A stretch of DNA of 64,000 bases. Origin: Eledone cirrhosa (Eukaryota). Below the pieces are notes generated by a model, which ran no database searches, was not told the DNA's origin, and worked only from the letters and a program-made list of their open reading frames with translations. The stretch lies in contig OZ024743.1 in assembly GCA_964016885.1 (NCBI GenBank), positions 70,432,001-70,496,000 on the forward strand. Reading direction: 5' to 3'. Positions 40,548 through 55,374 of this stretch are shown here, piece after piece (the stretch's first letter is position 1; every line of letters begins with the position of its first letter). Both the position numbers and the translations under genes were made by a program.

Positions 40548-42476
40548 GTGTGTGTGTGCGTATGTATGTATAGTATATTTGGCAATATACTGTATGTTTG
40601 CCGAGAATTATAGAGGGTGGATTCTTATAGAATTCCAGTAATAATCAGGAGCTGATTAAACAAAGCGATTGCCGATCCAGCAAAAGTTACGTATTAGTAT
40701 TGATGCTCTGAAATAGTGATGTATACATGAATGTATGTATAGTATATTTGGCAATATAGCGTATGTTTAATTAAAAACATTTAGGAGACCATTCGCTAGG
40801 AGTTTTAAAGTAGTCGCTATGCCACTTATTCTCGGCAAAAACGTTATATATATATATATATATATTACAGTGTGTGGACTGGCCAGGCCGTCAGCTTTCC
40901 TGATTGCATGTGACCCCTCTGTGGAACGTGGTAGTACTTTAGAAGCCAATGCAACAACTTTGCTTTCAAAGAAAATATCAGAAGTTCTAGAAACATGAAT
41001 TAAAAATTTTGAACAAAAACAAATAAAAGAATTAAGCATACAAGGGTTAACTTTTACATGAGATCGAGTATAAATCCATATATATAGAGATTTATAGAAC
41101 TTCTGATATTTTCTTTGAAAGCAAAGTTATATTCCTGTCTGTTGGTTTGTTTGTTTGTTCACGAACTCCTCTTATTATTTTGGAGATAGACCCCATAAAC
41201 ATAAATATTCTGAAACTACATTTCCCAGGGTACTTGGATAAGTATATTTCATTTTAAGAAAAGGGTTCCCCGGGGGCTCAAAACCCCGTTGAAAACCCCA
41301 GCTGAAAATTTGTTCCCTTCGATTTATATGAAATTTAAACCATAAGTAAGTGACAAGATATGATGCCTATTCACAAACGTGTTGAATTGTTAATTTGAAA
41401 AAAATATTTACAAGAAACAAAATAAGAATAAGATTTAATAATGTAATTTTGATTTGATATATCACAAAAAATGTTTTGCAATTTTTCATGCATTACATTT
41501 TACATTGTGTAATATTGAAATGCAGAGTTTTTCTCCATAAATTATATCACTAATTTAAAATCAATTATCATTTTCTTACAACAAAATGTGTGAAACGCAG
41601 CAAGGCGCGGGTAATTCGGATAGTATATATATATATATATATAAATATACAAATGGAAGTTCAGCAGAATCGAAGCTCTGGCTGCAGCCATGCTAACGAA
41701 TACAATCGGAATGTGCAGCTAAGCACTCAATAAGGTATTTTATCTTAGAGCAATAACATTACGTTTAGACAGCTTTGCAAATTGAAGACTGCAACCGGTA
41801 AGCCAGCCGCAAGGACCAAAGCAACGAGGTAACCAACTCAGGATAATTTGACAAACCTGGACCATCGCGTTGATATTAAGCAATATCTCCGGTAGGTTTC
41901 TGTGAATTTCGAAATCAACAAATCCACTTGCGGGGTATGCAAGTTATTGGTTTTGGAAGATCGAACAAAGGGTTCACTTTCTCAACAGGTTTCCGTTCTA
42001 TGCTGCTGTCGGGTGTGAACTCAGAACGTAACTATATGCCTTAAAACATGTTGTCCGATACTCTGCCAATCCAAATAGAAACTGCTTCTAAGAAGAAGGT
42101 GACGAAGAAGAATTTTGCTTCTCATTTCGCCTTTTAGTAGAAGAAAAAGATAGAAGTGGGTCTCTCGCCTCGCAATCTCTAGCTTTGTCTCTGTTGCCTA
42201 TCTGTATATTGTTCATATTTACATATCATGAAATCCTTCCTGTGCCTTAGATTTCACGAATATTTCTTTATTCAACATACATCTCCCTCTGTAAGATGAT
42301 AGGATGTAACGTGAAGGAGATTTAGCTGCTAGTTTTAACAGGTTTAGTGATAACATGACTCAAGTTATGAAAATGTTTCCCTAAAGTATCATTTTTATTA
42401 TCGTCATTGATATTTTCATCGTAATCGTCCTCGTCTTTGTTATCGTCGTTGTAATCGTCATTATTTTTATCATTTT

Positions 42477-42550
42477 GGCCGGTTAGCTCGGTTGGTTAGA
42501 GCGTCGTGCTAATAACGCGAATGTCGTGGGTTCGAGCCCTATACTGGCCA
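42477..42550 (+). tRNA. tRNA-Ile-AAT: tRNA-Ile (anticodon AAT), possibly a pseudogene
   Basis: Acceptor GGCCGGT/ACTGGCC, D stem GCTC/GAGC, anticodon loop CTAATAA, T loop TTCGAGC; G in place of A14 and no adjacent oligo-T terminator. Confidence 0.85.
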
Positions 42551-42576
42551 TATTAAAATAAATGTTATATTTAACG

Positions 42577-42760
42577 GCAATGGTAGTTGGCAGTATAGGT
42601 GGAGGGTCGTACTTTGCAGCATAGAGTTACGGCCCTTTATGATCTGAGTTCAAACCCCGCCGAGGTTAACTTTGCCTTTCATCCTTACGGGGTCGATAAA
42701 ATAAAGTACCAGTAATACACTAGTGTAATTGCTGGCCTTGTGCCAAAAGTAGAAACAATT
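42577..42760 (+). mobile_element. SINE family A
   Basis: Consensus match. Confidence 0.85.
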
Positions 42761-43647
42761 ATTTTCATCATTTTGTTATCGTTGTCGTCGGCGCCATTGT
42801 TATCGTCGCTATGGTTACCATGAACGTCGCCGTCATTATCATCGGTTCATCGCCGCCATCTTTATCCTCGTAAGCGTAATCGTTAACCACGCTGTTGTCG
42901 TCGTTAAGTCCGGTCATGTTGATTTCGTCGATTTTCCCGCTCGTTAATGAAACGAGCCATAAAAGTTGTTTTTCCATGTTTCGTCAAAGAAAATATACAC
43001 TATACCTTGATTATCGATTTCATTAGCTCTATCATTGATGACGACAATGATTAATGAGTTAGGGAGGAAATAGTGAGAAATTAATGAACCAACAGTCTAA
43101 CAAATAAACCTTCTTTATCTTGCTACAACGAATTGCTAGAGTTGTTAGAATGTCGGATACACTGAATTGCAATATAAGTAGAGTCGCTCTGCTTTCTCAG
43201 TTAAAATATCACCATTGTAAACTTGTAAACTTTGCCTTTCAGCCTTCCGCGGTTGATACGAATACAGTACCAGTCGAGTCCAGTACTGGGGTCGATTCTT
43301 CTATATCTCTTTCTAATTTCCTCTCTTCTATCACACACACACATATTCTCTCTCTCCCTGTCTCTCCCCGTCCCCACCTCTCTTTTTCTTTCTCCTTCCA
43401 CAGAAGAAATCGTCTGTATTCAGACTTGGAAGGGCTCTGCTAGGTTTATAAATGCCCCAAAACGACCGTACGTCACAGCGGCACCCCCACGACTCCATCA
43501 GAAGTTATGGATGTAGACATATATATATAAAATTAAGTTGAATATATGAAACTTTCCTGTGTTACTACGGCACCCGCTGCGACACCGACGAATACGGATC
43601 TATATATATATATACACACATCCATACTCATATCCATTCATCTATAC

Positions 43648-44965
43648 CAGGGGTCACCAAACTACGGCCCGCGGGCCGGATCAGACCCACGACGTCAGTT
43701 CATCAGGCCCGCCGACGGTACTTGCATTTGCGTGATAAAACGGATGGAACACGAGATGTTTCTAATTCAATGTCTTTTTTCATTTTCAGATCCCGTTCTC
43801 TTCATCCTTTATTATGGCTACTAAGAAAAGAAAAGTGGACGCCGGGTGTCGCGTTTTCAATGAAGAATGGGGAGTAAAGTACTTATTTGTGGAAACAAAG
43901 GACCAGAAAGCTAGTTGCGTGGTATGCAACGAAAGTGTTGCCGTTTTGAAAGAGTACAATCTTCGGCGTCACTATGAAACAAAACATCTATCAACATATT
44001 CAAAGTTTTCTGGAAAGTTACGCTCTGAGAAATATGAGTCCATGAAACGTGGTTTAGAAACTCAAAGAAATTTCTTCACGAGAAAGTTTGCTGAAAATGA
44101 ATCTGTCACTCGTACAAGTTACAAAATAGTGCATAAGTTGGCAGACCGAGGAAAACCGTTTACTGATGGCAACTTCATCAAAGAGTGTATGATGGAAGCA
44201 GCAAATGACTTGTGTCCTGAGAAAGCCGATTTGTTTGGAAGTATCAGCCTTTCGGCAATTTCAGTTGTGCGGAGAACAGAAGAACTTGGAGAGAACATAG
44301 TGCTACAGATACGCGAGAAAGCTAGGAACTTGTGGTATTCTCTGGTGCTGGATGAGTCTACTGATCTCTCGAGTACGTCACAACTTCTCGTGTTCATTCG
44401 TGGTGTCAATTTGGACTTTCAGATAACGGAAGAGTTGGCATCCGTTTGCTGCATGCATGGAACAATAACTGGAAAAAACATTTTCATGGAAGTGCAGAAA
44501 ACTTTGCAACCTTCAGTGGAATCAGCTTCGAGGTGTTATAGTTGATGGAGGAAAAAACATGGCTGGAGTGAGGAAGGGTCTGGTCGGGCAGATCAGGACT
44601 CAGTTGGAAGATTTGCAAATTCCGGGCGCTCTGTTCATACATTGCATCATACATCAGCAAGCACTCTGTGGGAAAGACTTGGATATTTCTTGTGTACTGA
44701 AACCAGTCGTTTCTGCTGTGAACTTCATTCGGGGACATGTACTCAATCACCGTCAGTTCCAGGCTTTTCTTGAAGAAATTGATTCTAATTTCTGTGACTT
44801 GCCTTATCACACAGCAGTGAGATGGCTCAGCTGCGGTAAAGACCTGTTTCGCTTTTACAAGCTCCGAAACGAAATAGATGTTTTTCTCACTGAAAAAGAT
44901 AGAGCTGATCCACAGCTGTCAGATCCTACCTTGCTGTCAAAGTTGTCATTTTTGGTCCATATTTT
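43648..44965 (+). mobile_element. hAT (Charlie/SPIN/GTF2IRD2-like) DNA transposon, left end plus frameshifted, 3'-truncated transposase (43814-44978)
   Basis: Left end CAGGGGTCACCAAACTACGGCCCGCGGGCC; KKRKVD..BED finger CVVC..LRRHYETKH, SLVLDESTD, DGGKNM, HCIIHQQAL, VRWLSCG; frameshift near 44510. Confidence 0.92.
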
Positions 44966-45034
44966 TCAACTTTTGTAGTAAGATGTGTATGTATAGATTC
45001 TATACATACACATCTTACTACAACAGTTGAAAAT

Positions 45035-45549
45035 ATGGATTCGGCTGACAACTGGATGCCTCCCACACGTGACAGTAGCTGTTCGACATAATTCCATAGG
45101 TCGGACACCCCTGGGACAGGTTCTTTTGGCAGGATCTTTGCCAGGGCGTCCGTGCCTGTAGATTTTGTCTCGAGCTGGTAGAGCTCCTCGGTAGCTCTGC
45201 CAGGCCAGAGACCTCTGGAAGTTATCCATAAGTCCTGGACGGAAAGTCCTCCCGAACAGACTGGTCAGTTCGTCCTCCTCGATGCCTAGAGTTTCCCCGA
45301 GAACGCCATCGCACTGATCCTCCACTAATCCCCTATAGAATGTTGAAGTGGAGTCTCCGCTGATTGCCGTTTCCGCTTGGTAGAGGGCTGTGAGCGCCTG
45401 TAGGCAATCGTGGTGCCTAGATATACATCCAATCAGACAGATAGGCACATAGATATACAGACAGGCGGACAGATAGCTAAATATGTAGATGAATAGGTAG
45501 GTAAATAGATAGATAGTTAGATAGATAAGAAGGTAGGTAGATAGATAGG

Positions 45550-45602
<53 letters not shown>

Positions 45603-47999
45603 TGATTGATAGATAGATATATTTCTTTATTTGCCACAGGGACGTACAAAAGTGGGACATTACAAGACGTGACGGCGGGAGTTTTACATAAAAATCATAT
45701 AGCTTTAAGATTAATAAATAACAATAAACTATATATAATAAATTGATTGATAGATAGAGAGATGTGTTTCTATTTATTGCCGCAAAAGAAGGGGACAAAT
45801 ACAAAGGGGGAGATAGATAGATAGATAGATTGATAGATAGAGAGATAGATAAATTTATTTATTAGCCACAAGGGCACAAAAGAAGGGGACAAATACAAAT
45901 TGGGATTTTACATACAGGTATATGAAAATAAAACTATTAATAAAATAACAAATAACAATTGAAATCCCCAATAGGGGGGAGGCGTTACACAGGGGTTGTA
46001 CACACCCCGAAAAAATGTACAACCCTCATCTCCAGGAGTACCAAGAGTGAGTACTCCCTTCCTCTCTTCCTCTTTTTTCTCAACCTACAGGCTTATATAG
46101 AGAGAAGGCCCAACCACTCGGGCCATCTTTGCCACATTCACCCACCTTTTATAAAATTTGCTGGGGTGCAGCACCTCTCTCTCCATCCCGATTCTTCTTC
46201 CAAAATGATATTTGAAAAAACGAATCAGTTGTTCGCCGGAGAGAAAGGTGTCGGACCTCAGCCCTTTTAGAGAGATAGATAGACAGATAGATAGACAGAC
46301 ATATAGATATATTTCTTTATTTGCCACAAGGGCGCACAAGAAAAGGGGACAATACAAAGACACATGTCGGGGATTTTACATACAGTCGTGTAAAAATATT
46401 ATTAAAACAAACAAATTTAACAATCGAAATCCCCAATAGGGGGGAGGTGTTACAAATGGGTTGTTTAATACCTCTTCGATAGAACAACCCTCAACTTCAG
46501 GAGCGTGTTGTGCAAGTTCTCCTTTCTTGCTTTTGCTCTCTTCTTCAACCTACAGGTTTATATACAGAGAAGGCCCAATCACTCGGGCCATTTTTGCTAC
46601 ATTCACCCACCTTTCAGTAAATTTACTGGGGTGCAGTGCCTCTCTCTCCACCCTGATTCTCCTTCTAAAGTGGTACCTAAATAGATAGATAGATATATAG
46701 ATATATTTCTTTATTTGCCACATAGATAGATAGATATATTTCTTTATTTACCATAAAGGCATAAAAAGAAGGGACAAATACAAAGGGGGAGTTTACATAC
46801 AATCGAGTAAAAAGGGTATAAAATGAAAATAATCGAAAACAACCTCAAAAGGGAGGGGACGTGATGGGGGTTGCACACACCCCCGAAAAAGTGTGCAATC
46901 CTTTGCCCGGGGAGCACATGGAGAAGATGCTCCCCTCTCCTTCACTTCTTTACCTACAGGATGGTATACAGAGAAGGCCCATTTACACGAGCCATTCTCG
47001 CCACTATCACCCACCTTTCATAAAACTGGCTGTGGCCAAGCACCTCTCTCTCCATTTTTATCCTTCTTCCGAAGTGATATCGGAAGAAGTAGACCAGACT
47101 ATGGCCAGAGAGGAAGTTGCCTGACCTCAGACCTTTCAATCGTGTCCACCAAACAACCTCTTTCAACATGGCTATTACGCACAGAAAAACCGCCTTTGCT
47201 TCCTTTGTGAAGAGGGGAGGCGGTTTGATTGTCATCACGGACTCGGCGGTCAATCGGCGCCACCCGCGACAGCAGTCGTTCGGCGTAGCCCCACAGATCA
47301 GCTACGCCCGGACATTGCACCAATGCGTGCGCAACGGTTTCTTTGTGACGCACGCATCTAGGGCAAATCTTTTTCGAGGGATCCCTGCCCGGGCGCCCGC
47401 CGTGTCTGTAGAGCCTCTCTCGAACGGGTAGAGCCCCCCGGTAGCACTGCTAGGCTAGTGACTTCTGGAAGTTGTCCATTGGTCCCGGGCCGAAAGTCCT
47501 ACCGAACAGGCTGGCCAGTTCGTCCTCTTCCATGTCCAGCAACTCTCCAAGGGTGTCATCGCCCCTGCTAGCCACCAGCCCTCTATAGAATGATGAGGTG
47601 GATTCTCCACCGATGGCCTGGCCCGCTTGCCAGAGAGTCCTGAGCGCCTGAGCACACTCAGTGTGCCAGTCTCCCAGTTTTCCGGATCTTTGCTTGACCC
47701 AAGACTGCAGCTCGGTGAGCGAGACGAGTCTCGGAAAGGCTCGTTTCACGAACGGAGCCCACACCGGTTGACCAGTGAGGAATACCTGTAGGTGCCGTAG
47801 CCTTAATGCGTGCCTACGCATCATCAACCACGGCATCCCCAGCCCTCCTTTCGAAGGTTGTTGGCAGCAGATGGATCTTCTCACCATAGGAGGGTGTTTC
47901 TTCCAAAGAAATTGGAAGAGCATGCGTTCCAGGGTGGTGAGTGTTTCCTTAGGGCAAGGCACGACAGTCAGGCGGTAGTAAGTGACGGACGCTATCCAC
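45035..47999 (-). mobile_element. nested stack of Tx1/L1-clade LINE 3' fragments separated by (GATA)n; longest about 46740-47999
   Basis: FQFLWKK..QPSKGGLGMP, MDNFQKSLA, ETVAHALVQC, KEVVWWTR; repeated AATAAAGAAATATATCTATC ends on the minus strand. Confidence 0.88.
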
Positions 48000-48275
48000 A
48001 TAGATAGATAGATAGACATACAGATAGGTAGAGAGATAGGTGATATGTCAGACTGGTGATTTTAGTAACTGCTCTAATTACCGTTCTGTTAGATCTCCAG
48101 CTGATCACATATTTTGCTTTATTTTGTGGGGTTTTTTTACATTTGTTTTGTTTTCTTTATTGTTATTTTATTGTTTTTATTCGGCCAGAAATTTTGTTAG
48201 ATAACATTTGACAGTTTGGCACCAGACAGTCTGTATTCAAATGTACTATTATAGTCACATCAACACCTGTGTGTC

Positions 48276-48404
<129 letters not shown>

Positions 48405-48545
48405 GTGCGTGTGTGTGCGCGTGTGTGTGCGCGTGCGTGCGTGTGTGTGTGTGACAGCTCACACATATGCAGGTTTAGCTGGTCGCCTCCAAGGTATATC
48501 TTGTTGGAGGTGTCTTGGATAATTTAATGATAGGGACCCCAGTCC

Positions 48546-50310
48546 TAACATCTCATTTCTACAGCTGAGTAAACTGGATCAAAATGAAATAAAGTGTCTT
48601 GCTCAAGGAAACAACACATCACCCGGTCCGAGAATTGAACTCGCAACCTTTCGATTGCAAGCCTACTGCTTATCCCGGTTTCATGACGTGAAGCGACTGA
48701 GAGTACAAACTCCCCACTGGACAGGACGCCAGTCCATCGCAAGGTTAAACCTCCAGCTATTGCTGGTACTCATTTTCAGCTGAGTAAACTGGAGCAACGT
48801 GAAATAAAGTGTCTTGCTCAAGGAAACAACACATCACCCGGTCCTAGAATTGAACTCACAACCTTTCGATTGCAAGCCCATGCAACCACTAAGCCATGCG
48901 CCTTCACTGTGTGTGTGTGTCCCAAATAATAGGGAGGGGGTGGAGAATCATTTTTTTTATTTGCTAGGTTGACTCGGTTGATTTAAAAAAAAAAACAGAA
49001 TTAGTCGTTTAGTTTACATATTGAGACCTCAACCCATCCTATGTATTTTATAACTTATGGAATTCCTAGTAATGTTCTTTTTTGTCATGTATGTCTTTTA
49101 ATATCTAAAGAAAATTAATTGTCGCAGGAATGCTACCACTTAAAATAAAATTTTGCCGAAGATAGATTAGGAAAATTTAATAAGTGGAGGTGGAGTTGTT
49201 AGAATAAAAGCTGGGGTTGGGGTTGCAAAAAAATCTGAAAAATTAATGGGGGCAGGATGATTATCCGAGCCTAAGGGTACAGATTCAGTCAATCTCGTAA
49301 GCAGTATCGGCAAAGGGTCGGACGCCATGCTTTGGAGCATAGAGTTACTGTCCTTTAGGATCTGAGTTCAAATCCTACCGAGGTTAACTTTGCCTTTCAT
49401 CCTTACGGGGTCGATAAAATAAAGTACCAGTAATGCACTGGGATAATTGCTGGCCTTGTGCCAAATGTAGAAACAATTATAATTGTTTCTATTTTAGGCA
49501 CAAGGCCAGCAATTACCCAGTGCATTACTGGTACTTTATTTTATCGACCCCCGTAAGGATGAAAGGCAAAGTCAACCTCGGCGGGATTTGAACTCAGATC
49601 GTAATTATAATACAAGTTGTTGAGTATTCCACAGACACACGTATCCTTAACGCAGTACTCAGGGAGATTCACTCTGACTCAGTACATAACATGGCTGGTC
49701 CCTTTAATTATAATTACAACCAATCTTGTATTATAGCACAAGTGGCTGGGTATTCTACAGACACACGGCCCTTAACGCAGTTCTCAGGGAGATTCAGCAT
49801 AGTACTGTGTGTGACAAGGCTGGCTTTTCCACCCAATATTATAGTACAAGTGGCTAAACATTTCACATGCACACGTACTCTTAACGCAGTTCTCAGGGAG
49901 ATTCAGCGGCACACAATGTCTGGCAGGTTTGGCCTCTTGAAATATAAGTATATTTCATTCATACAAGCTGGGTGTATTGAAGCAATGTGAATAAAGCCTC
50001 TTGCTCAAGGACACAATGCACCGCTCAGTCCGAGAATCAAATTCATGTCTTTACGATTTTGAGCCAACATTCTTACTATTAAGTCACATTCAAATTTCTC
50101 CGCGTTCAACTTTGCCTCCCATCCTTCCGAGGTCGATAGAATAAAATACCAGTCAAGTACTGGGATCGATTTATTCAATATTTCCCTCCTTAAAATTGAT
50201 GATCTTGTGCTTAAAGTAAAAATCGGGGATTGTCAGTATCAGTAGAGAGTCGGGCAAAATGCTTTGCAGCATCGAGTTACGGCTCTTTATGTTCTGAATT
50301 CAAATCATGC
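48546..50310. mobile_element. cluster of SINE family B and family A copies plus a MITE-like copy
   Basis: Consensus matches; tail-to-tail SINE A pair about 49300-49605. Confidence 0.75.
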
Positions 50311-50770
50311 CGAACTACAGTCAATATAAACAACAACGACATTCCTCGCTCCCACAAGTAGAAAAAAAAAATTGCTGATCTTGTGCTTGAAGTAGAAATC
50401 CTTATTTTCCCCTTATTGGAAGAATATGAAATGAAGTGTCTTGCTCAAAGGTCAAAACTTGCTACCCAGACCATGAATCGAATCCACGACTTTACAATCG
50501 TGAGCCCAACAATCTAACCACTAAGCCACCTCCTTTCACACACACAGAGGTGGGAGTTGGGGATTTGTTATTGGTAGTCATGCTAATATGGAAGGCATTC
50601 TGTCTTTCTATTGAAACCTTTCATGTCATAGATGTTTCTATTGTTGATGTGTAATTATTTTTTCCATAATCAATATAAACCCACACAGTTTTGTAACTTA
50701 TACTCCGTATGACACAACCTCCACTCCTACCACCTCATCCATCAACCGGGCGATAACAATGAAGAAACGT

Positions 50771-50826
50771 CTACTACTACTACTACTACTACTACTACCA
50801 CTACTGATACTACTACCATCACCACA

Positions 50827-50889
<63 letters not shown>

Positions 50890-50915
50890 GCAACTACTAC
50901 CACCACCACCAACAA

Positions 50916-50956
<41 letters not shown>

Positions 50957-51076
50957 ACACCACCACCACAACTAATATACCACCACTACTACTACTACTA
51001 CTAATACTACTACTACAACTACTACTTCTGCTGCTGCTGCTGCTACCACCACCACCACCAACACTACTACTACTAT

Positions 51077-51155
<79 letters not shown>
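50771..51155. repeat. compound (CTA)n/(CCA)n/(TTA)n microsatellite
   Basis: Directly visible. Confidence 0.95.
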
Positions 51156-52042
51156 AATAGTATTACTATAAACGACATTTCTTTTTATCACCTATAAATT
51201 AATAAAATAAAATAAAATAAAATAAAATAAAATAAAATAAAATAAAATAATAAAAAAAATAATAGATCTGTAGAGTAAAAACAGAACAATCCAGATAGAG
51301 GAATAGAAATTTGTTCGAGGTTCACGAAGAAGGTTTTTTTCTCCACAGAGGTAGAATTCTTAGAATCCAATACTATTAATGGTGGCATCTGCATTGAGGA
51401 GAAATGAAAATATGTCCATGAATTGTAACTTATTATTAAATGAAATTCGGATAACTGAGAAGAAAGCCTTCAAAGAAAATGGTTTACCTGGTTAGATTCT
51501 AAAGAGAGAAGAATGGAAAAGTGATAAAAGAATCTAATATTATCATTAGAATATTTCCAATGAACTGAAATATTTTATTTCAATATATTCATTGCTTTAG
51601 CAGTGTGTGTTATTGTTTATTTTTTTTGTTGTTGTTTTTTTTTTAGTTTGTACTGAATATTATTCATTTCCCTCACTCACACAAACTTCCACAAATACAT
51701 ATACATAAACACACACACTCACATACACGGATACACATGTCCTCCCTCACACACAAACACACACTCACATACACGCATACACATGCCCATCCTCACAAAC
51801 ACACACACACGCACACAGTCACACACACACATACACACACTCTCCCTCACACATACACACACTCACACACATACACACACAAACACACATTCACACACAC
51901 AAACACACATTCACACACACAAACACACACACACACACACATCAAAGAGTTATCATGCAATCACTTTGATGTCTTTGAAATACGTATAACAGAATTATAT
52001 AATAAACAGAGAATGTATACATAATATATATATATATACATA

Positions 52043-52126
<84 letters not shown>

Positions 52127-52255
52127 GGATACTATTTATAGTTATGTATATTTTAAACCATAAACAGGGAGGGTCAGTAATTTATTACTACCTTATCACC
52201 AGTAAGATAAATAGCTCAATGTAATAACATCAGTTGTTCTACAGAGCAGTTATAT

Positions 52256-52503
52256 AGAATTCACAAGAATCAAAGCTATGTTCAAAGCATTTATTCACTT
52301 ACAATTGTTTCATCCAAACCTAGGCTTGAGGTCTTCGGAGCATTTTTCAATGTTTGTACATATAATTGACCTCCTATCCATTAGATAGGAGGTCAATTAT
52401 ATGTACAAACATTGAAAAATGCTCCGAAGACTCAAAGCCTGAGTTTGGACGAAACAATTGTAAGTGAATAAATGCTTTGAACATAGCTTTGATTCTTGTG
52501 AAT

Positions 52504-52506
<3 letters not shown>
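52256..52506. mobile_element. 250-bp palindrome carrying two opposed hammerhead-like motifs (plus copy 52420-52466)
   Basis: GCT-CCGAAGA-..TTTGGAC-GAAA-CAATTG-TA-AGT; centre about 52381. Confidence 0.72.
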
Positions 52507-52566
<60 letters not shown>

Positions 52567-52685
52567 AAGTTTATATACGTACATACATACATGTATACAG
52601 ACGTACAGTAGTATGTATATATATACATACATGCACACATATATATGTACGTATGTGTTTACCGAACATTTATATATATATATAC

Positions 52686-53280
52686 AATAATTATTTCTAC
52701 TTTAGGCACAAGGTCAGCAATTATCCCAGTGCATTACTGGTACTTTATTTTATTGACCCCGTAAGGATGAAAAGCAAAGTCAACCTCGGCGGGATTTGAA
52801 CTCAGATCGTAAAGGGACGTAACTATGCTGGAAAGCATGGCGTCCAACCCTCTTCCGATACTGCCAATCCATATATATATACAATAATTGTTTCTACTTT
52901 TTGGCACAAGGCCAGCAATTATCTCAGTATATTACTGGTACTTTATTTTATCGACCCCGTAAGGATGAAAGGCAAAGTTAACCTCGGCGGGAATTGAACT
53001 CAGATCGTAAAGGGACGTAACTATGCTGGAAAGCATAATCCAATCCTCTACCGATACTGCCAATTCACCGCCCTTATATATATATATATATATACAATAA
53101 TTGTTTCTACTTTAGGCACAAGGCCAGCAATTACCCAGTGCATTACTGGTACTTTATTTTATCGACCCCGTAAGGATGAAAGGCAAAGTCAACCTCGGTG
53201 GGATTTGAACTCAGATCGTAAAGGGACGTAACTATGCTGGACAGCATGGCGTCCGACCCTCTACCGATACTGCCAATCCA
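52686..53280 (-). mobile_element. three tandem SINE family A copies separated by (TA)n
   Basis: Consensus match. Confidence 0.9.
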
Positions 53281-53505
53281 ATAATGAGAGGTATACAGAT
53301 ATATGTGCATACATACATATACATGTATATATAAACATATATTTTTCAAAAGTATGTGAGATTGTATGTTGTCGACCTAAAAGAGTGTTGCTCTATGATT
53401 ATGAGAGACAAGATAATCGAAATAATTAGATTGACACAATATCAGAGCTATGTAAAATATGATAAGAAGGAATAATAGACACAATATATACCTATTTTTA
53501 CTTCG

Positions 53506-53596
53506 TCCCGACTGTACAGTTTCGCTGGTCACTATGCAAAAATGTTATATCATAGATATGTAACATTGTTGTGAGGTAAGCCAGCTTATCAAGGGA
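53506..53596 (-). ncRNA. decayed type I hammerhead with extended stem II
   Basis: Minus strand TCCC-TTGATAA-GCTGG..CCAGC-GAAA-CTGTACAG-TC-GGGA; inverted partial copy 53993-54050. Confidence 0.65.
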
Positions 53597-54056
53597 GCAC
53601 CTCAGGGAAGAGCCCTAGCTACATACCTCCGTAGCATGCGAGAAAATCTGAAAAAGGCGGAGGGAGACTCTATCACGTGATACACGGGTCAAGAAAGGGG
53701 TTTAATCCCTTGTAGCAGTGAAAAATATCTCAGAAGGCGGAGGGGGATATGATACATAGGCTACAGAGGGGTTGTAAGGTTGACTAGAAGTGTATATAGT
53801 GTTTGCTTGAAAGCAGTCACTATACTTCCGTTGTTACTCTACCGTGAGGGAGTTAGAGACAATAATTGTTTCTACGTTAGGCACAAGGCCAGCAAATAAC
53901 CAGTGCATTACTGGTACTTATGAAAGGCAAAGAGAGGTATACAGATATATGTGCATACATACATATACATGTATATATAAACATATATTTTCACTGTACA
54001 GTCGGGAGGAAGAAAAAATAGGTATATATTGTGTCTATTATTCCTTCTTATAATAT

Positions 54057-54165
<109 letters not shown>

Positions 54166-54509
54166 TGTGCATTCATTCTTCTATTCTTCTACTGGCTTCA
54201 GGTATTTTGCTAATCATATTGATTTTCAAGGTATTTTGTTAATCACATTGACCAACAGTACATGTTTTTCATGTTTGGTACTTATTTTATCGATTTCTTT
54301 TTGTTGAACTGCTAAGTGACGGGACATATCAGGGATTACATACTTAAACTACTTTCTACCGTTTTCTTATGTGTAGTCTGAGGGAAATTTGGCTACTATT
54401 TCTAGCACCTCAAACTATCAGTTTAATCAGTTGATGTATATAAGAAGTCATATATATTTGTACATAAACAGGTCATGTTATTTCACACAAGCTCATTCAG
54501 TGACCAATG

Positions 54510-54800
54510 TTCGTAGGTCATGTGAGTCACACAAAGTAGCTAAAGTTATCTTTCCTTGGCCGGTGTAAGTCGCGTGGCTCACATACTAGATAAGGTTATC
54601 TTTCATTGGCCTCTACATGTCATGTGACTCACGTAGACTAACTAAAGTTATCTTTCTTGGTCCCGTGTGTTTGTAGGTCACGTGATTCACATAGAGTAGC
54701 TAGGATTATTTTTCATTAACCAGTATAAATCACGTGAATTGCACAAACTAGCTATGGGTATATTTCATTGGCCAGTGTAAGTCACGTGATTTACAGAGAC
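54510..54800. repeat. degenerate tandem repeat, 5-6 x about 52-56 bp
   Basis: Recurrent GTAGGTCATGTGA..TAGCTAAAGTTATCTTTCATTGGCC. Confidence 0.75.
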
Positions 54801-55374
54801 CATCTAATTTAAATGAAGGAGAAAGTTTGTTTCGTCCTTGAAGAGATAGTTTAAGAAGCGGTTGGTGTCATGCAATACTGCGAATTTAATTAAGGTCTCT
54901 ATGGGTATCCCATAGAGCTGTTTTTCTCCCTCATTCATCTTTTTCCTTCATTCTCTGTAGGGGTTAGCTGCATCAAATCCCTAATAATATATTTTCCTCA
55001 AAACATATCCCCTACCTTAGTCACAAGACTGGCACTGCTATTAAAAACAAACTACATTTGACAATACATCTGTAGCACACAACACAAGGATCCCTCTACC
55101 TGGTCATTTGACCTACTAGAAATAGCTGTCAAATTTCTCTTAATTGCCAACGTCTAAACAACAATAACAAACAAATCACATTTCTAATGAAAGACTCTGC
55201 ATAAAATTTACAAATCATTTTTTTTAATAATCAAGAATTTGGAAGGGATTTATAATACAACTTTCTCATTAATATAATTCTCACATTTTCATGATTAATA
55301 TTTTCACGAAATTTGGTAATTTGTCCCTCTCCAACTTCCGTCCTCTTACAGCAACAGCAGCAGTGGCAGTATTA

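Noticed and set aside
40957-41128. Inverted repeat containing CTGATAT..GAAAGC
   Set aside because: The 33-bp inverted repeat is real, but the core does not match CTGANGA; not called a ribozyme
51271-51420. Possible minus-strand exon after TTTCTCCTCAATGCAG
   Set aside because: No donor site and no recognisable peptide
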